A DNA stretch of 64,000 bases from Girardia tigrina (taxonomy: Eukaryota). The position numbers and the translations under genes are program-made. Positions 51,346 through 64,000 of this stretch are shown here, piece by piece; the stretch's first letter is position 1; every line of letters starts with the position of its first letter. The stretch lies in the NCBI GenBank assembly GCA_001938485.1, contig MQRK01213447.1, positions 1-64,000 of the forward strand, given 5' to 3'. The notes under the pieces are model-generated. The model saw nothing but the letters and a program-made list of their open reading frames with translations, was not told the DNA's origin and made no database searches.

Positions 51346-53447
51346 CAGTGGTGGGTAAACGATCGATCGCGAGCTGTTTGATTGTAGATCTCAGACGTTT
51401 TTCCAGATAAATTTTAAATATTTAACAATAGATTTACCTGAGTAAAAGTGAATTGTAAAAATAAAATGGAAATTCACAAATTTCCATTAAGATTGTAAAT
51501 TAAGACTCAAAATTCAACGTTTAAAATTAAAATATATTTTAAGTTTAAATTAATTTGAATTAATTTAAATTAATTAATTAATTAATTAATTTTAATTAAT
51601 TTAAATTAATTAAGTTTAAATTAAAATGAAATGATTGGATTTTGTTTGAATTTTCAAAAATTTGGTGTCGACTCATGTATTAAAATTAACCGCACAGCAT
51701 CTTATACTTCAAAAGTCTTCGCCACAATCTAAGTTAGCAACTGAAGCATTCGATGTGATCTCCTATGTTTGGGAAAACATAAAAGGTCTTATCGTGATTG
51801 TGAAGTTTTCGTGATAGAAGCTTTCCTTGTGAGCAGTGAAAAATTATTTAACAACTTTAAAAATAAAAACAAATTTCTTAATGCCATTAAAGATTAGCAA
51901 CTTCCTCGCCGAATTTTAACTCGACGTAATGAAGAAATGAATGGTACTGTAACTCAACAATTTGAAGATCCCATACAAAACTGCAGTTTCTTTTCATTAC
52001 AGTTTGACGAATCAACTAATAACATTGATACTGCACAATTAATTATGTTTATAAGAATGATATTCTCCGATATTTCGACCAAAGAGGAATTTTTCCAATT
52101 CTTCCGATGAAAGGTACCACTCGAGAAGAAGACATTTTCACAACAATTATTACATTTACAGATAAAACAAAATTAACTCTACATAAGTGGATTTCTATAT
52201 CAACCGATGGAGCACCTGCAATTGTTGTTCTAAAAAATGGATTTGTAACTATTTGTCAACAAAATGAACAATTTACTGATTTTATTTCATTTCTTTGCAT
52301 CATAATATCATAACACCTTATATGCAAAAATATTGGATGTTAATTATATTATGAAAATAAATAACTCAATAAGGCCCGTACTTTAACTAGGTGACTGTCC
52401 CGTAGTACGGAATCCGTACTCAACTTGAAGAAAATGTTTCCCAATACGAAGATTTTTTACTTTTTTTTGTAATGTCATTTGACGTAGCCAGGAAAGCTTT
52501 TTAAAAAGATTTTAAAATATTTTGCCTAAAATAGTTCAATTTTTAAGTTCATTGAGAGAAAAACAAGAAAAGTCTGAAGATCCAGTTTAGTTACAAAATT
52601 TAGCTTCTCTAAAGTAATTTATCGATCGTTATAACTCTCTCAATTTGCAATCACAGGGAAAAGGAAATAATATTATTGAGTTAGTCAGTTCTGTAAATGC
52701 TTTTAAAGCAAAATTAAAATTGTTTATCTCAGAATTAAAATATAATGACTTATATAATTTTCTATATTAAGAAAATCAGATTAAACTGACTGGTCAATGC
52801 AGCATCTAAAAGTTTTGTTCTAAAATATATTATTAATTCAGAATTTTAGAGACGATTTTCAAATCTAATTCGTTTTCAAACTATTTTTGAATTTATTTCC
52901 TTTCCATTGGGAAAATATAATATCGAGCATATGTCATCCAATACAGCTCATATTTTCCAAATTTATCAGATGTAGAGTCGGAAGTTTTAAAAATAAAATC
53001 AATTATAATTTTGAAATCACGTGCAAATAAAATTTTTTGGAAGTTTGTACCAGAAGAAAAAACTCCATTATTGAGATCAGTAGCATAAAGAATATTTGCA
53101 TGCTTTGGTTCTGCTTATTTATACAAATTAGCATTTTCGCAAATGAAAATAATCATATCGCAAAATTATTTTCTTTTCACAAATCTGACTGATACCCGCT
53201 TGATGATTTCTACCAGACTGTGTATCAGTGAATATAAACCTTACTTTACAAGACTTAGCGATGAAATGGAATGCCATGCGTCAACATCCAAAAATTAATT
53301 ACACTTACCTTGTAAAATAATTATGCAATTTTATAATAAAATTAATAAACATACTGTGTTATGTTTACTCATCTCTGAAAGAGTCGATCGCAGTTAAGTA
53401 ATAAAAATTTTAGACGATCATACAGCGTTTAAGTGTGCCCACCCCTG
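51346..53447 (+). mobile_element. hAT element of the Buster/Charlie (GTF2IRD2-like) group with a decayed transposase
   Basis: Ends CAGTGGTGGGTAAAC and GTGTGCCCACCCCTG with perfect 8-bp TSD TCCTAGAT. Motifs FSLQFDESTNNIDTAQL, PMKGTTREEDIF, ISTDGAPAIV, LQSQGK, FGSAYL. Confidence 0.92.
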
Positions 53448-55404
53448 TCCTAGATTAAAAGAACAAATAAATTACCGTTACAATGACAAACCTTGATCTA
53501 TAAATTGCTTAAAACTTTAAAGATTTTATTTGAATACAATTGAATATTATTTTTTTTAATTTTGCTACAATTTCATATTTAACAATTTAATATAATGTAT
53601 TATAGTTATTATTATTTCATTTAAAAATTTATAGGGTGTTCCAAAAGTTAATAAACATTAAATTAAATAGACATTTTAAAAATATTTAAATTTCTTTTAT
53701 TATAAATATAATTATATTTTTTATTAAATATTGATCACTTTTATAGATTTATTTTTTTATTTATTTTTTTTGTAATTATCATTAGTATTATTTTCATTTT
53801 TATCATAATATATAATTAATATTTATTTAAATATCACAATTCAAAAAATATTTTTTACGAATACTTTTTTGTTAAAACAGAAAAAAATCTTTACTAAGTG
53901 AATATATTATATTATATTTTACGACTAAAAACTTCTCAACAAGTAATTTAGCATTGCATCTCGGTTGTAATTATTTCAATTATATCTCTAAAAAAACATC
54001 AAAGACATTATTTTTCGTTTTTTTTCAAAAAAAAACGAATTTAGAAATATAGAAAAATCAATATATGAATATTATTTATTTATTTATTTATTATTTTATA
54101 CTTATATTTAGAGTATGTGATAATCATTTTATCTAAACTAAATTAACGAAGTATTGTTTTGTAAATGGATTTTTTCTATTTAACATCATAAATTAATTAA
54201 TATTTATGCAATGCGATATGATAATTGATATTTGGGAATAATATAATATTTGTTCTATTTGATGCAGCAAGTGCCAGTGAGACTGAATATCAACATGGAC
54301 AAAAGTACAAATCTGACTGTCTACAAGGATAAATTACAGAGAAATGTTTCGATTGCAAGTGGAACAAAAATAGTAATTTTAGTTTTTTTTGCTATGACAA
54401 ATGATAAAACTATTTGAAGTTATTTTGATAAAAAAGAAAATAATTATTAATAATTCTAGAAATATTTCTCTTCAATTATCATAAATTAATACGCAAATTC
54501 TGGTATTATTTGCTAAAATATTTCATTTGATTAATTTTATGGAAAAGAATACAAATAAAAAGCATTTATGATGTATCAATAAATGATATATATAATATTT
54601 GTCTAAAAAGTGTGTTTGTTTGTCGATCACGCTTTTAAATGTGAAATCGCGGAGGAACAGGAGTGAATCCATTTAAGGACGCGGTCAATATGGATATCCC
54701 GCATCGAGACAATTCTATCGGTACAGTGCCGTCGCCGAAAGATGCCCGGAAGTTGACGAAATCGATCGAAAATCGTCCTGGTCATTAAATGGTTTAATTT
54801 TTTGATTACTAAAAAAAACTTAATCGAGTAGTAAAAGAAATACGAATGTTCGATGTAACCTCCAGGTTAGCATAGAGACTGACCGGTGGTAGCAGAGTCA
54901 GGGGTTTTGTGGTATTGGGCCCATTTTATTGATAAAGGGTTGTCCATTGATAATTTATTTGTTTAATAATCGTCGATAATAATTCAAACTGTCTCAACTG
55001 CCATATAAACCAATCTCGCATAACAATTCAATTGTGAATCCTTAAATTGTCAATCTTTAAATGTCAATTTCTACAAATTTATTATAAGAAAATCTAATTT
55101 TATATAATTTATACAAAATATATACTTACATACAGATTAAATTGGACTGTACCGTCATTTTTATTCAATTTAAGACTCTTCCTTCACAAACAGTAGATAC
55201 TATTCTCCAAACACGAATAAGTGAATCCTCACAGTCATGTAGATCAAGTTAGGTTGTTGATAACTGCAAATGTTGCAAAATATTAATTTCCTTTTTTCTC
55301 AGATGATAGGTTTTTTTATATATTTTTTTTTATTTTTATCATCGAATAAGATGAAATTATAATATAAATTAATTACTTCAATGCCTGTTAATACCGTAAT
55401 ATTA

Positions 55405-55478
55405 TTTTTCCTGTGTAATTTTTTCTATGTATAATTTGTTATGTGTAATGTTTTCTTGTGTAATGTTATCCTGAAACC
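55405..55478. repeat. Short tandem TGTGTAATGTT-type repeats ending in CCTGAAACC (possible MITE terminus)
   Basis: Four imperfect units of about 15 bp read directly. The element class is uncertain. Confidence 0.4.
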
Positions 55479-56562
55479 CTTATAGTTCACCCTTTATGTC
55501 TAAATAACGGAATGACAACTTGTTAACCTTGTTTGTTATAGTATTTTACAATTCAACCCACGTAGTGTACAATCATGTACTTATTCCACAATTAGAAATC
55601 TCTTTAAGAAATAGGATTTTTGTTCATCCAGCAATTTTTGGATGTTGAAATGTAATGTAATGTACGATAGACCATTAGCTTAATGTACCAGTGGATAATT
55701 GGATGAACTATTGATTATTTTTGAGTCAGTCCGGAAAACAAGTATGACCAAAGAGATTCATTTAGTAACTTAATTAAATACAAAGTCAATCTTGTTTTTA
55801 GGTGTAAAGAATTTTAACTTGTTAATAGAAAGAATAATATAACAGCCCAGAAAATGTGATACAAAATGTTGCTAATAGGCTATCACTGATTGTTTAATAA
55901 CATTCTTCTAATTAAAAATAATTAACGTAGGATATTTAAGGAACATTGTAATCAGAGCCAGTTTTTAAATGCAAAATATTACGATACTCATAGGGAAGTT
56001 TGTAAGACAAGTAAATAGAGAATCCTTAAAATTAATTTTTACTGTTTTTGACACGATTAACGTTATTTTAGATTTTGATAAAAACTGTTAGTTTTAAAGC
56101 TTCTAGTTTAACATAACGAAAGAAGTGAACATAGTGGATCAAATAAGTAACAAAATTGTTTACTTTCAATTGTGATGGATACAATAGTTTATTGTTTATA
56201 TTCAAGAACTTATTGGAGATATTTTACAAAATTTTGATTTAAGTTATAAGGAATTTAGTAATTAAAACCTATTTAAAATAATTCAATACCAATTATAATT
56301 TTATAAGTGTTGAAAATACAATTAGCACTACTCAATATAAATAATCTGACCCTTCATCTTGAAAATGTTTTAAGTGTGTCCAAGCAACTTCATGAATCAG
56401 AATATATACACCACCCACTATATTTTACTTTTTAATACGAATTTGAATACGTACTTTTTAATTATTTTATTATCAGAATGACCATTTTTACTGTTGACGT
56501 GAATAGATGTATATAACTTAACTTATGAATTTATAATGAAATATTCCTCCGACCGGTGTTTT

Positions 56563-57316
56563 TTAGTAGTTCTCAAGCCCTATTAAGACACTATTCTCCG
56601 ATACTTTAATAGATAATAGGAACAAAAATTATTTTAAAGAGACAATATAAATCAATTTTTGTTAATTTATAATGTCTCTAGTTTATATTAGAATAAACCA
56701 ATACTGAATATTAAGAATACAAATTAACTGTTTTATTTCACCAACCCTAATATAAAGGTTGAAAAAGAGGTTTATATCCTAATCAATAAGAAAGAGGATT
56801 AGTCATAGATAAAATATATATAAAGGACATATTGGTATAACTTCTCTGGTCGATTTCANNNNNNNNNNNNNNNNNNNNNNNNNNNNNNNNNNNNNNNNNN
56901 NNNNNNNNAATAATTGAAAACTGAGGGTACACTAAAATTGTCTTTTCTGACCCAGAAAAGTTATTTTGTCCTTTTGAGTGCATTATGAAAAGTGCTTAGT
57001 ATTTTTTTTAAAATTCTGTTATTAGTAGTTCTCAAGCCCTATTAAGACACTATTCTCAGATACTTTAATAGATAATAGGAACAAAAATTATTTTAAAGAG
57101 ACAATATAAATCAATTTTGTTAATTTATAATGTCTCTAGTTCATATTAGAATAAACCAATACTGAATATTAAGAATACAAATTAACTGTTTTATTTAACC
57201 AACCCTAATATAAAGGTTGAAAAAGAGGTTTATATCCTAATCAATAAGAAAGAGGATTAGTCATAGATAAAATATATATAAAGGACATATTGGTATAACT
57301 TCTCTGGTCGATTTCA
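56563..57316. repeat. About 295-bp near-identical direct repeat on either side of an N gap
   Basis: 56563-56858 matches 57022-57316 with a few substitutions and one indel. Confidence 0.9.
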
Positions 57317-59203
57317 AGTTTTTATTTTTATATTTCTATTAAGCTGGGTTGAAATTATAAAGAAATTTATATTTTATACAAGTCGTGCAATTGGTTCATA
57401 TTTATACAGATTTGTTTAAAAATCAGGTGTCCGGTGAATTTTGGAGCTATGGTAGTATAACCTTAATTTTGAGGTAAGACGTAACATAGAGGTGTCTTGA
57501 GCTTTGTTATAAAAACAAACAATTAAAAGATGTTTCAAATCGTCTTTGAAACTAAGATGATCCTTTCTTACGTAGATGCATATCTAGGGAGGCAAAATAG
57601 ATTGAGTACTTAAATTCTAAGATGAGACAATCGTTCATCCCAAATGTGTTTCAAAGTTTAAATCTTCGTAACACATAATTACTTGTGGAATTATCTTGTG
57701 GACCAGAAGGATTGTTAACCAATTTTTATCAAGTAATTTATTTAATGGAATGTCGATGAAAAAACTTTTGATTTTAATTACATTGAGGACTTTTATTATT
57801 ATTTCTTTTTGCGTTATAATATTTTGGAAAGCTCTTTCTTTTCAAAAAGGAAATACTCAGCATCAACTATTGATTTCCTTTTAAAAATAATAGTTATTAA
57901 CTATTAATTATTTTTTCATTTTAACATTTAAGTATTGAATGCATCGAAAAATATTATATATTATATATAAATATAACTTTAATCAATTTATATAATTAAT
58001 CTAGTGGTTTGCAATTGATAAGTAATAAATAATAATTAGTTATAATTATCGCTTACCTTTTGTTCCTGCTACTCTTTTATTAATACTCAGATCAAAAAAA
58101 TGTATAACCTGTTATTCTTTTTATGGTAAACTTGGGAAAATAAGTTAGAATTGCTAATAAAATATTCGGTAATATTGTATCAACGCCGGATACGAACTAA
58201 TATATTCCAATCATTCCATTCTACAGCTTTTGTTATTTACTTAATGAATATTTTATTTTTCATCATTTTATAATATTTTTACGATATATTTCAGTATGAA
58301 AAAGTAATATTCATCGAAAAATAATCCAAAAATAATAAATAAAATATACAAAAGTTTTTAAAGAATACTTTATTATTATTATCATTTTGAAGTTTAAATA
58401 CTTTTATTATCAAAAATAGAGTACAAAAATATTTATTCTTAGAAGAAAATAGTGTATAAAGTAATCTACATGGACGAATATGTTTTTTTATGGAAATGCA
58501 TACGGCAGCAGATATAAACTAAAGCTTCGTACTCTTTTATTTTCCACATTCGTTGTTTTTTGAAAGATTTATATATTCCTGATCGATCACTATAAAAGAT
58601 TATAACAAAATAGTTATTTATTTAGGAGTTTCAAGGAAAAGGTTTTTTACAATAATCCCAAATTCGATTGTTTTGATAAGATATATTTAATTATACAAAT
58701 GATTTGGAGTTTTATCCATTTCAGTAACTTCTTCTTAAAGGAGCTGAGGCTATGGTGACAAGGTATTAAGACATCAAAGTAATGAAATGTAATATCTTTT
58801 TATGTATGCTTATATTGTATAATAAAATTATTATTTTGATTATATTTTTGAAATTGTCTATCTGTTGTAAAAAATATTTTAAATATTTTTAAATATTTTA
58901 ATTTTTAAAGTACTATAAAAGGACCCGTAATGTAACACATGGAAGCTATATTTTCATAATTGAAAGTTTCTCTTTTATTCATATATTTTAAAATATTTTT
59001 TAATCTTAACATTCTAGAATAAATGATAAATATATATATATATATATATATAGCATTTTGGACTTTCATTTATTCGATGAAATTTATTAATCTATTTTCT
59101 TTTCTGTAATATCGTTCTAAACATTTAAAATTTTTCAAAAATATTAACAAATTGGTATTGTTAGAAGATAGTGATTGACCTTTAATTATTAAAAAATTAA
59201 CAT

Positions 59204-59388
59204 AAACCAAACCTTAACCCTAACCCTTACCCATAACTCTAACACTAAACCAAGGATAAAGCCTAACGCTACCCCTAAATTTAACCCTAACCTGCACATC
59301 TCACCCTAAGCATAATCCTAAGCTCTAACCCAAACCACGAAATCTAACCCTAACTCATTACACTAACCCTCACATCTCACCTTAATCT
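59204..59388 (+). repeat. Degenerate (CCCTAA)n telomere-like array
   Basis: Many CCCTAA, CCTAAC, CTCTAA and CCTTAA hexamer variants over about 185 bp. Confidence 0.75.
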
Positions 59389-59469
59389 ATATCAAATACA
59401 TTAGTATTTTATTAGTATTAATGACAGAGTGTGCGTAGCGTGGCCTGTAAGAGTGGGATCTTTTCGGGT

Positions 59470-59995
59470 AGAGGGGAATCTTCATGGAGGTTTTGAACTC
59501 TGTGTCCTTTATGAGCTGTCGTATCTGTGTACCATCGAAAATGCCGGCCTTCAGCTTTTCAATCGTCATTCGAGGAAAGGCTCGGCACAGGTAGTTGAAG
59601 CACCTCCCATACTTGTCCAGAGCGCACGTAAACTGTTTCATTAACCCAAGCTTCAGGTGTACCAGTGGGATCAATATCTTCTTTCGGTCAACAAGAGGTT
59701 TGTTTATGATGTTTTTCGCCCTAGGTACTAACTGCTCTCACGCCGGCCACTCTTTCTTTACAAGTGTCGGGCTCTGTCTCGAATGTCCCACATATATATA
59801 AAGCATGAGTACTTCGTGAACCCGGACTGCTGACCAAGTAGAAAGTTTACCATCTTTAAGTCGACGCAGATAATCCATTGGTGCTGCTCATATTGGATTT
59901 TGTGGAACACGTACTTAAATGCTTCATATTTCTCTTTGAGAGTTGTGGAGTATGCAAGAGGGATTTAGGCGAAATAGTTCCCGTTGTGGAGGATA
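59470..59995 (-). mobile_element. Chapaev3-like (CMC) transposase fragment
   Basis: ILHNGNYFA*IPLAYS..LKEKYE; WIICVDLKMVNFLLGQQSGFTKYSCF; PLVHLKLGLMKQF..ALDK; KAGIFDGTQIRQL. Family assignment is from recalled motifs. Confidence 0.75.
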
Positions 59996-60149
59996 TATTT
60001 ATATATATATATATATANNNNNNNNNNNNNNNNNNNNNNNNNNNNNNNNNNNNNNNNNNNNNNNNNNTATATAATTATATATATGTTAGGAAGGTTTATG
60101 GCTGTATCCCAAAAAGTTGACCTGATAGAGAAAAATCAATATGATATTC

Positions 60150-62334
60150 GGACTCAGAACATCAAAATTAGTCTAAATGGGTTGAAAACCCCTAACTATT
60201 TTTTGCCTGTTACCCAGTGTTAAGTTACAAATTTCTATAAACAAAGACGTTCCCAATGCCGATGCAATCAACATCTCAACAATTTTTCTCAAATTTCTTA
60301 CTTCTTCAACGTGAGCAAAAACTGGTCTTTTCTTCATTTCTCTCACAAAATCCGGCAAAAGATTCAAATGCCTTTTAAAAGCCGGAGAGCTAACATCAGA
60401 GAAAAGAAGGACAGACTCGTCTAAGGGAATATCTTCTGCTCCAATGCAGTTTGAGACCGCCACAAGCATTTTTTTTTATTTGAAAGACATTTCTAAAGAG
60501 ACTTGGGAGAGATGCCTGGTAAAATATTTGCAGACTTTGTCCACGCTACAAAAAATGACTCTGTGATAGTCTTCTGCTGACTCATGACAATGAGATCGCA
60601 ATACTTGTTCAAATTGTTTCAGAGGACACTTTCTGCGTCATGAGCAGGGTCTTTCTGTCCCATTTGCTGCTTGTCTCAGGTTTTCATAGAAATGGCGAAA
60701 TTCTTCTTCTGAATGACCTTTGAAGGTAGTCTCTCAGGAATTCACAAGGCTCAATTCTTTCCTGAACATTGATGGCTTTGCTCTGAATTTGTGACGAAAC
60801 AGCTCTAACCTGTAAAAAGATCAAGTGGCACAAATGCAGCTCAAAATATGTATCAAACCTATATAGCCACCATAAGAGACCACGAGCTTTTTGTCCTTCA
60901 ATATCGATACTATTATCAATGATTTCTTCCAGTATCTACTTGAGTTGTTCATAACTATCTAAAACAAACGGAATTGAGCTCGAACCGAGTTGAACAGAGA
61001 TGCTTCAAACTAGTAGCTTTAGAAGAGAGCTCTGCTTTTACATTCATGAAAAGTTGCTGTCATTTTGCAGAATGGACAAACAGGTGAGAAATTATTTGGA
61101 TTATACTAAAGTTAATATAATATACTAATAATATACTAAAGGTAACTCTAATAATAATACAAGTTTTTGCAGCATCATGAAGACAAAGATTCCAACAATG
61201 AACTGGTATCACCCTCACTTCTACTATTTTTAGTTGTACTGCTACATCAAGTAGGTGTCTCATATTGCTTGCAGCTCCATCGTCACTCGAAAGGTGGATG
61301 GTTTGCTCGGTTCTTCGACACTCGGTCCGAATGAGTAGTCGGGGAGATTGTGGGGATCTGACTGATTGAGGCCGCTGTTCGAATTATCATCCATTAAAAA
61401 CTAAAATCAGAATTACACAAGAAGGAATAACATTTATTTCACTTTTCAAAATGCAAACACCATGTCTTTATTTCTTTAGTTTATTTAAACATTTATTAAT
61501 TTTTTTAATTATTATTTTTTTTAATATAATTGTATTGTGTTTTTAATATAATTTTTCGTGCACCACAACGATCTTTGGTCCAAATATTTAGTCTGTCAAT
61601 GTCTTCACAAGGTAACCTTCTTCACTTTCATGTCCACGAATTGCATGGCCTTGACGCGCAAGATAATGAGACTGCTTAGCTATTTTAGAAACATATCGCA
61701 TCGAAAGGCTTGAACTGTATTATACTAGTCATGTAACTAAGTCAAAATGGACATTTCTTTTCTTTGTTCTTGTTTCATTGCAGCTTCCACATGCACTTGA
61801 CTCGTTTGATCGATTTAAAAGATCTGGACTGTCTTTTTCCAGTTGTTAAATTCATTAATCGTAAAAGCAGTTTCCAGATTTTTGCTGAAATGTATGAGGT
61901 TTCCTTCAATGGACGTATCAAAAATACAGTAAAATACTTTTATTTTTGAAACACAAAACGATATCTTCGGGAATTCTTTGTAACAATAAGACTTAGAAGT
62001 TTGAATTGAAATATTACCACAATCTCGGTGGGTGCCTCTCAATATATTGTCTGATGCAGGTTGAAATGGCACTTCTGAGGTATCTGACAATTAACTATAA
62101 TCATTAAAACATACTTTAGAACAATAAAACATACTTTTGTGATAATAAAAAGCCTCATGTTTGTTTTTAGATGTATTTTCAGTGTAATAATATATATATA
62201 TATATTATATATTATATAACATAATACTTTTTTTAACATTGCTCGTTCATATATGACTGCCGGGGTGCTGATGTATGCTTCAGCCCCTATAGATATAAAT
62301 CAGCCCTCTCTGCCCCCTGGTTCCGGCACCTATG
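60150..62334 (-). mobile_element. ZMYM1/Tip100-like hAT transposon relic, internally deleted
   Basis: Terminus CATAGGTGCCGGAACCAGGGGGCAGAGAGGGCTG at 62334 on the minus strand. Peptides FNNWKK, YLARQGHAIRGHESEEG, DGAASNM, HCWNLCLHDA. Confidence 0.8.
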
Positions 62335-64000
62335 CTATCCAGTATTTATTCTTTAATCATTATACTCAAAGTTTTTGTACTCAAAGTTTTTTTTATACTC
62401 GAAGTTTTATACTCAAAATATGATTTGATTTGTAAACATTGTGAACTTATTTGATCATATTTCTATCATCTATAGAGGCAAGCAAAAAAATTTGTTTTCG
62501 AAATTTTTCACATCACTTTCAGAGTGTCATTAGAGATGATGAAGAGAATGTTTAGACTTCTTTATGGTTTACTAGCACTCTCAGTACCAGCGTTTTTCAC
62601 ATATAAATGTTTTAAATTTAATTTTTTTTAGATCTCGATAAAATTTCATCGACTATTGGGCGTGTTGTAGAGGGTGCTCAGAAATTTCGTTTCCTCATCT
62701 TTTTATGAACACCTTATATCCAGTCATTTGCTTTTCCATTAGGACTTCCTTAATTTATGATGCCATAAATGAAAAATATGTTTCCTTCAAAAAAATTTGA
62801 ATTTCGCTTTCATATTTTAAATGTTTTTATTAAATTGTATTATTAATGGAAAATGCATTTGTTAATAGTGTTATACTTTTATACGATATTAAAAATTTAA
62901 TTTTAAGTTATTCTCTTTACTAAGATATATAATAAAAGTTATAACGAATATAAATTATTATAACAGTCTAAATTATTATAATTTGCATGAATGTGTTTGT
63001 TTTAATTTTCAATTTTCGACTGTTTAGTTTTTTTTAGTTTGAATTTATTGAGAAAAATATTTAATTAGATTTATAAACTTAATTTATTTTTCATAATTAA
63101 AACAATGTCATCATTTGAAGCGTGCAGAGGGCAGAAAAATATAATTTTTAGAAAAACAAATTTAGAAGCAAAGTTAGTTTGCAATTATGATTCATATGAA
63201 ATAAAAAGCATTTGGAGAATATACAATTTAAACAAATATATATTGGTCAAAATATTGGACAATAATTAAATTAAACAGCTCAATGCTTTTTGGGGGATGT
63301 GGGTATTCGTCGCAAATAATACTGGTTACGATAAATAATAATAATAATAATAACAATAATAATAATAATTGTAATAAGCCTTATCAATAAACTTATCTAT
63401 TATGTTAATATTATTTTATATTATTAGATCAACATTAATAATAATAGAAGTATTGATCAGATGACAACGTTAACTGATCTTAACATTCATTCAATGTGGG
63501 TGTTAAGTTCATAATATTATTATAAATTTTAATTAAATTTTAATATTATATCATTTTAAAATTATTTATTAATATAAAAATTGCTTTTTATTACTAATTG
63601 ATTAATTAGTTTAATATTTAATTTTAATTTCGAAAACCTATTTTAATACGGAATATCCATTTGCATTTATTATCACTAATTAATTAATATTCTGCTCATA
63701 GGAAATTCTTTCATAATTTTAATGATTTTATAAAATACGTTTTAATTTTTTCTTTTGATTGAGCAAAAAATTTTAATATTATTATTTTGTAATTAATTGT
63801 TAAGAAAATAATTTATAAAAATAATCAAACAAGAAATTAAAATAATAATCTATAAATTGTATGATATAAATTGAATTATAATTTATTAATGATGATAATA
63901 AAACATTTGTAATCTACAAGTTGGTTCAAATTGAAAAGAATATTGATAAAAGTTTATTTTTTCCATTGTTGCGATTAGAACTATGACATGGAAGAATGAG

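Noticed and set aside
56563-57316. Near-identical 295-bp direct repeat as LTRs or a real tandem duplication
   Set aside because: The first copy ends exactly at an N gap and the copies differ at only a few sites. Most likely unmerged allelic contig ends, an assembly artefact.
57380-57700. Ancient PLE RT relic (YVDAYL, GAM)
   Set aside because: The motifs are too degenerate to distinguish from chance.

Overview
Very AT-rich eukaryotic (metazoan) draft-assembly window with several N gaps and many (TA)n microsatellites. The composition and transposon content resemble a freshwater triclad planarian, which is inference only. I found no host gene I can support; the window is mostly nested, decayed transposons. 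Retroelements: a near-complete minus-strand Penelope-like element (PLE; RT plus C-terminal GIY-YIG, about 521-3077), four or five further PLE tails carrying minimal hammerhead ribozyme motifs, and a Gypsy gag-protease fragment. DNA transposons: about ten mariner/Tc1 pieces from several subfamilies, three hAT elements (two with perfect 8-bp TSDs), a Chapaev3-like transposase fragment, and piggyBac, PIF/Harbinger and other MITEs. The most unusual items are: (i) a 576-bp GC-rich cassette (3341-3916) bounded by 12-bp inverted repeats and packed with RFX X-box, NF-Y Y-box and GC-box motifs, lying between intronless orphan ORFs, possibly a Polinton or viral relic; (ii) a 300-bp mini-PLE with an intact hammerhead core and an inverted, duplicated promoter (10821-11120); (iii) an orphan three-finger C2H2 pseudogene; (iv) a dispersed orphan ORF family with an I-x-x-Y-x-P-x-x-x-R motif.
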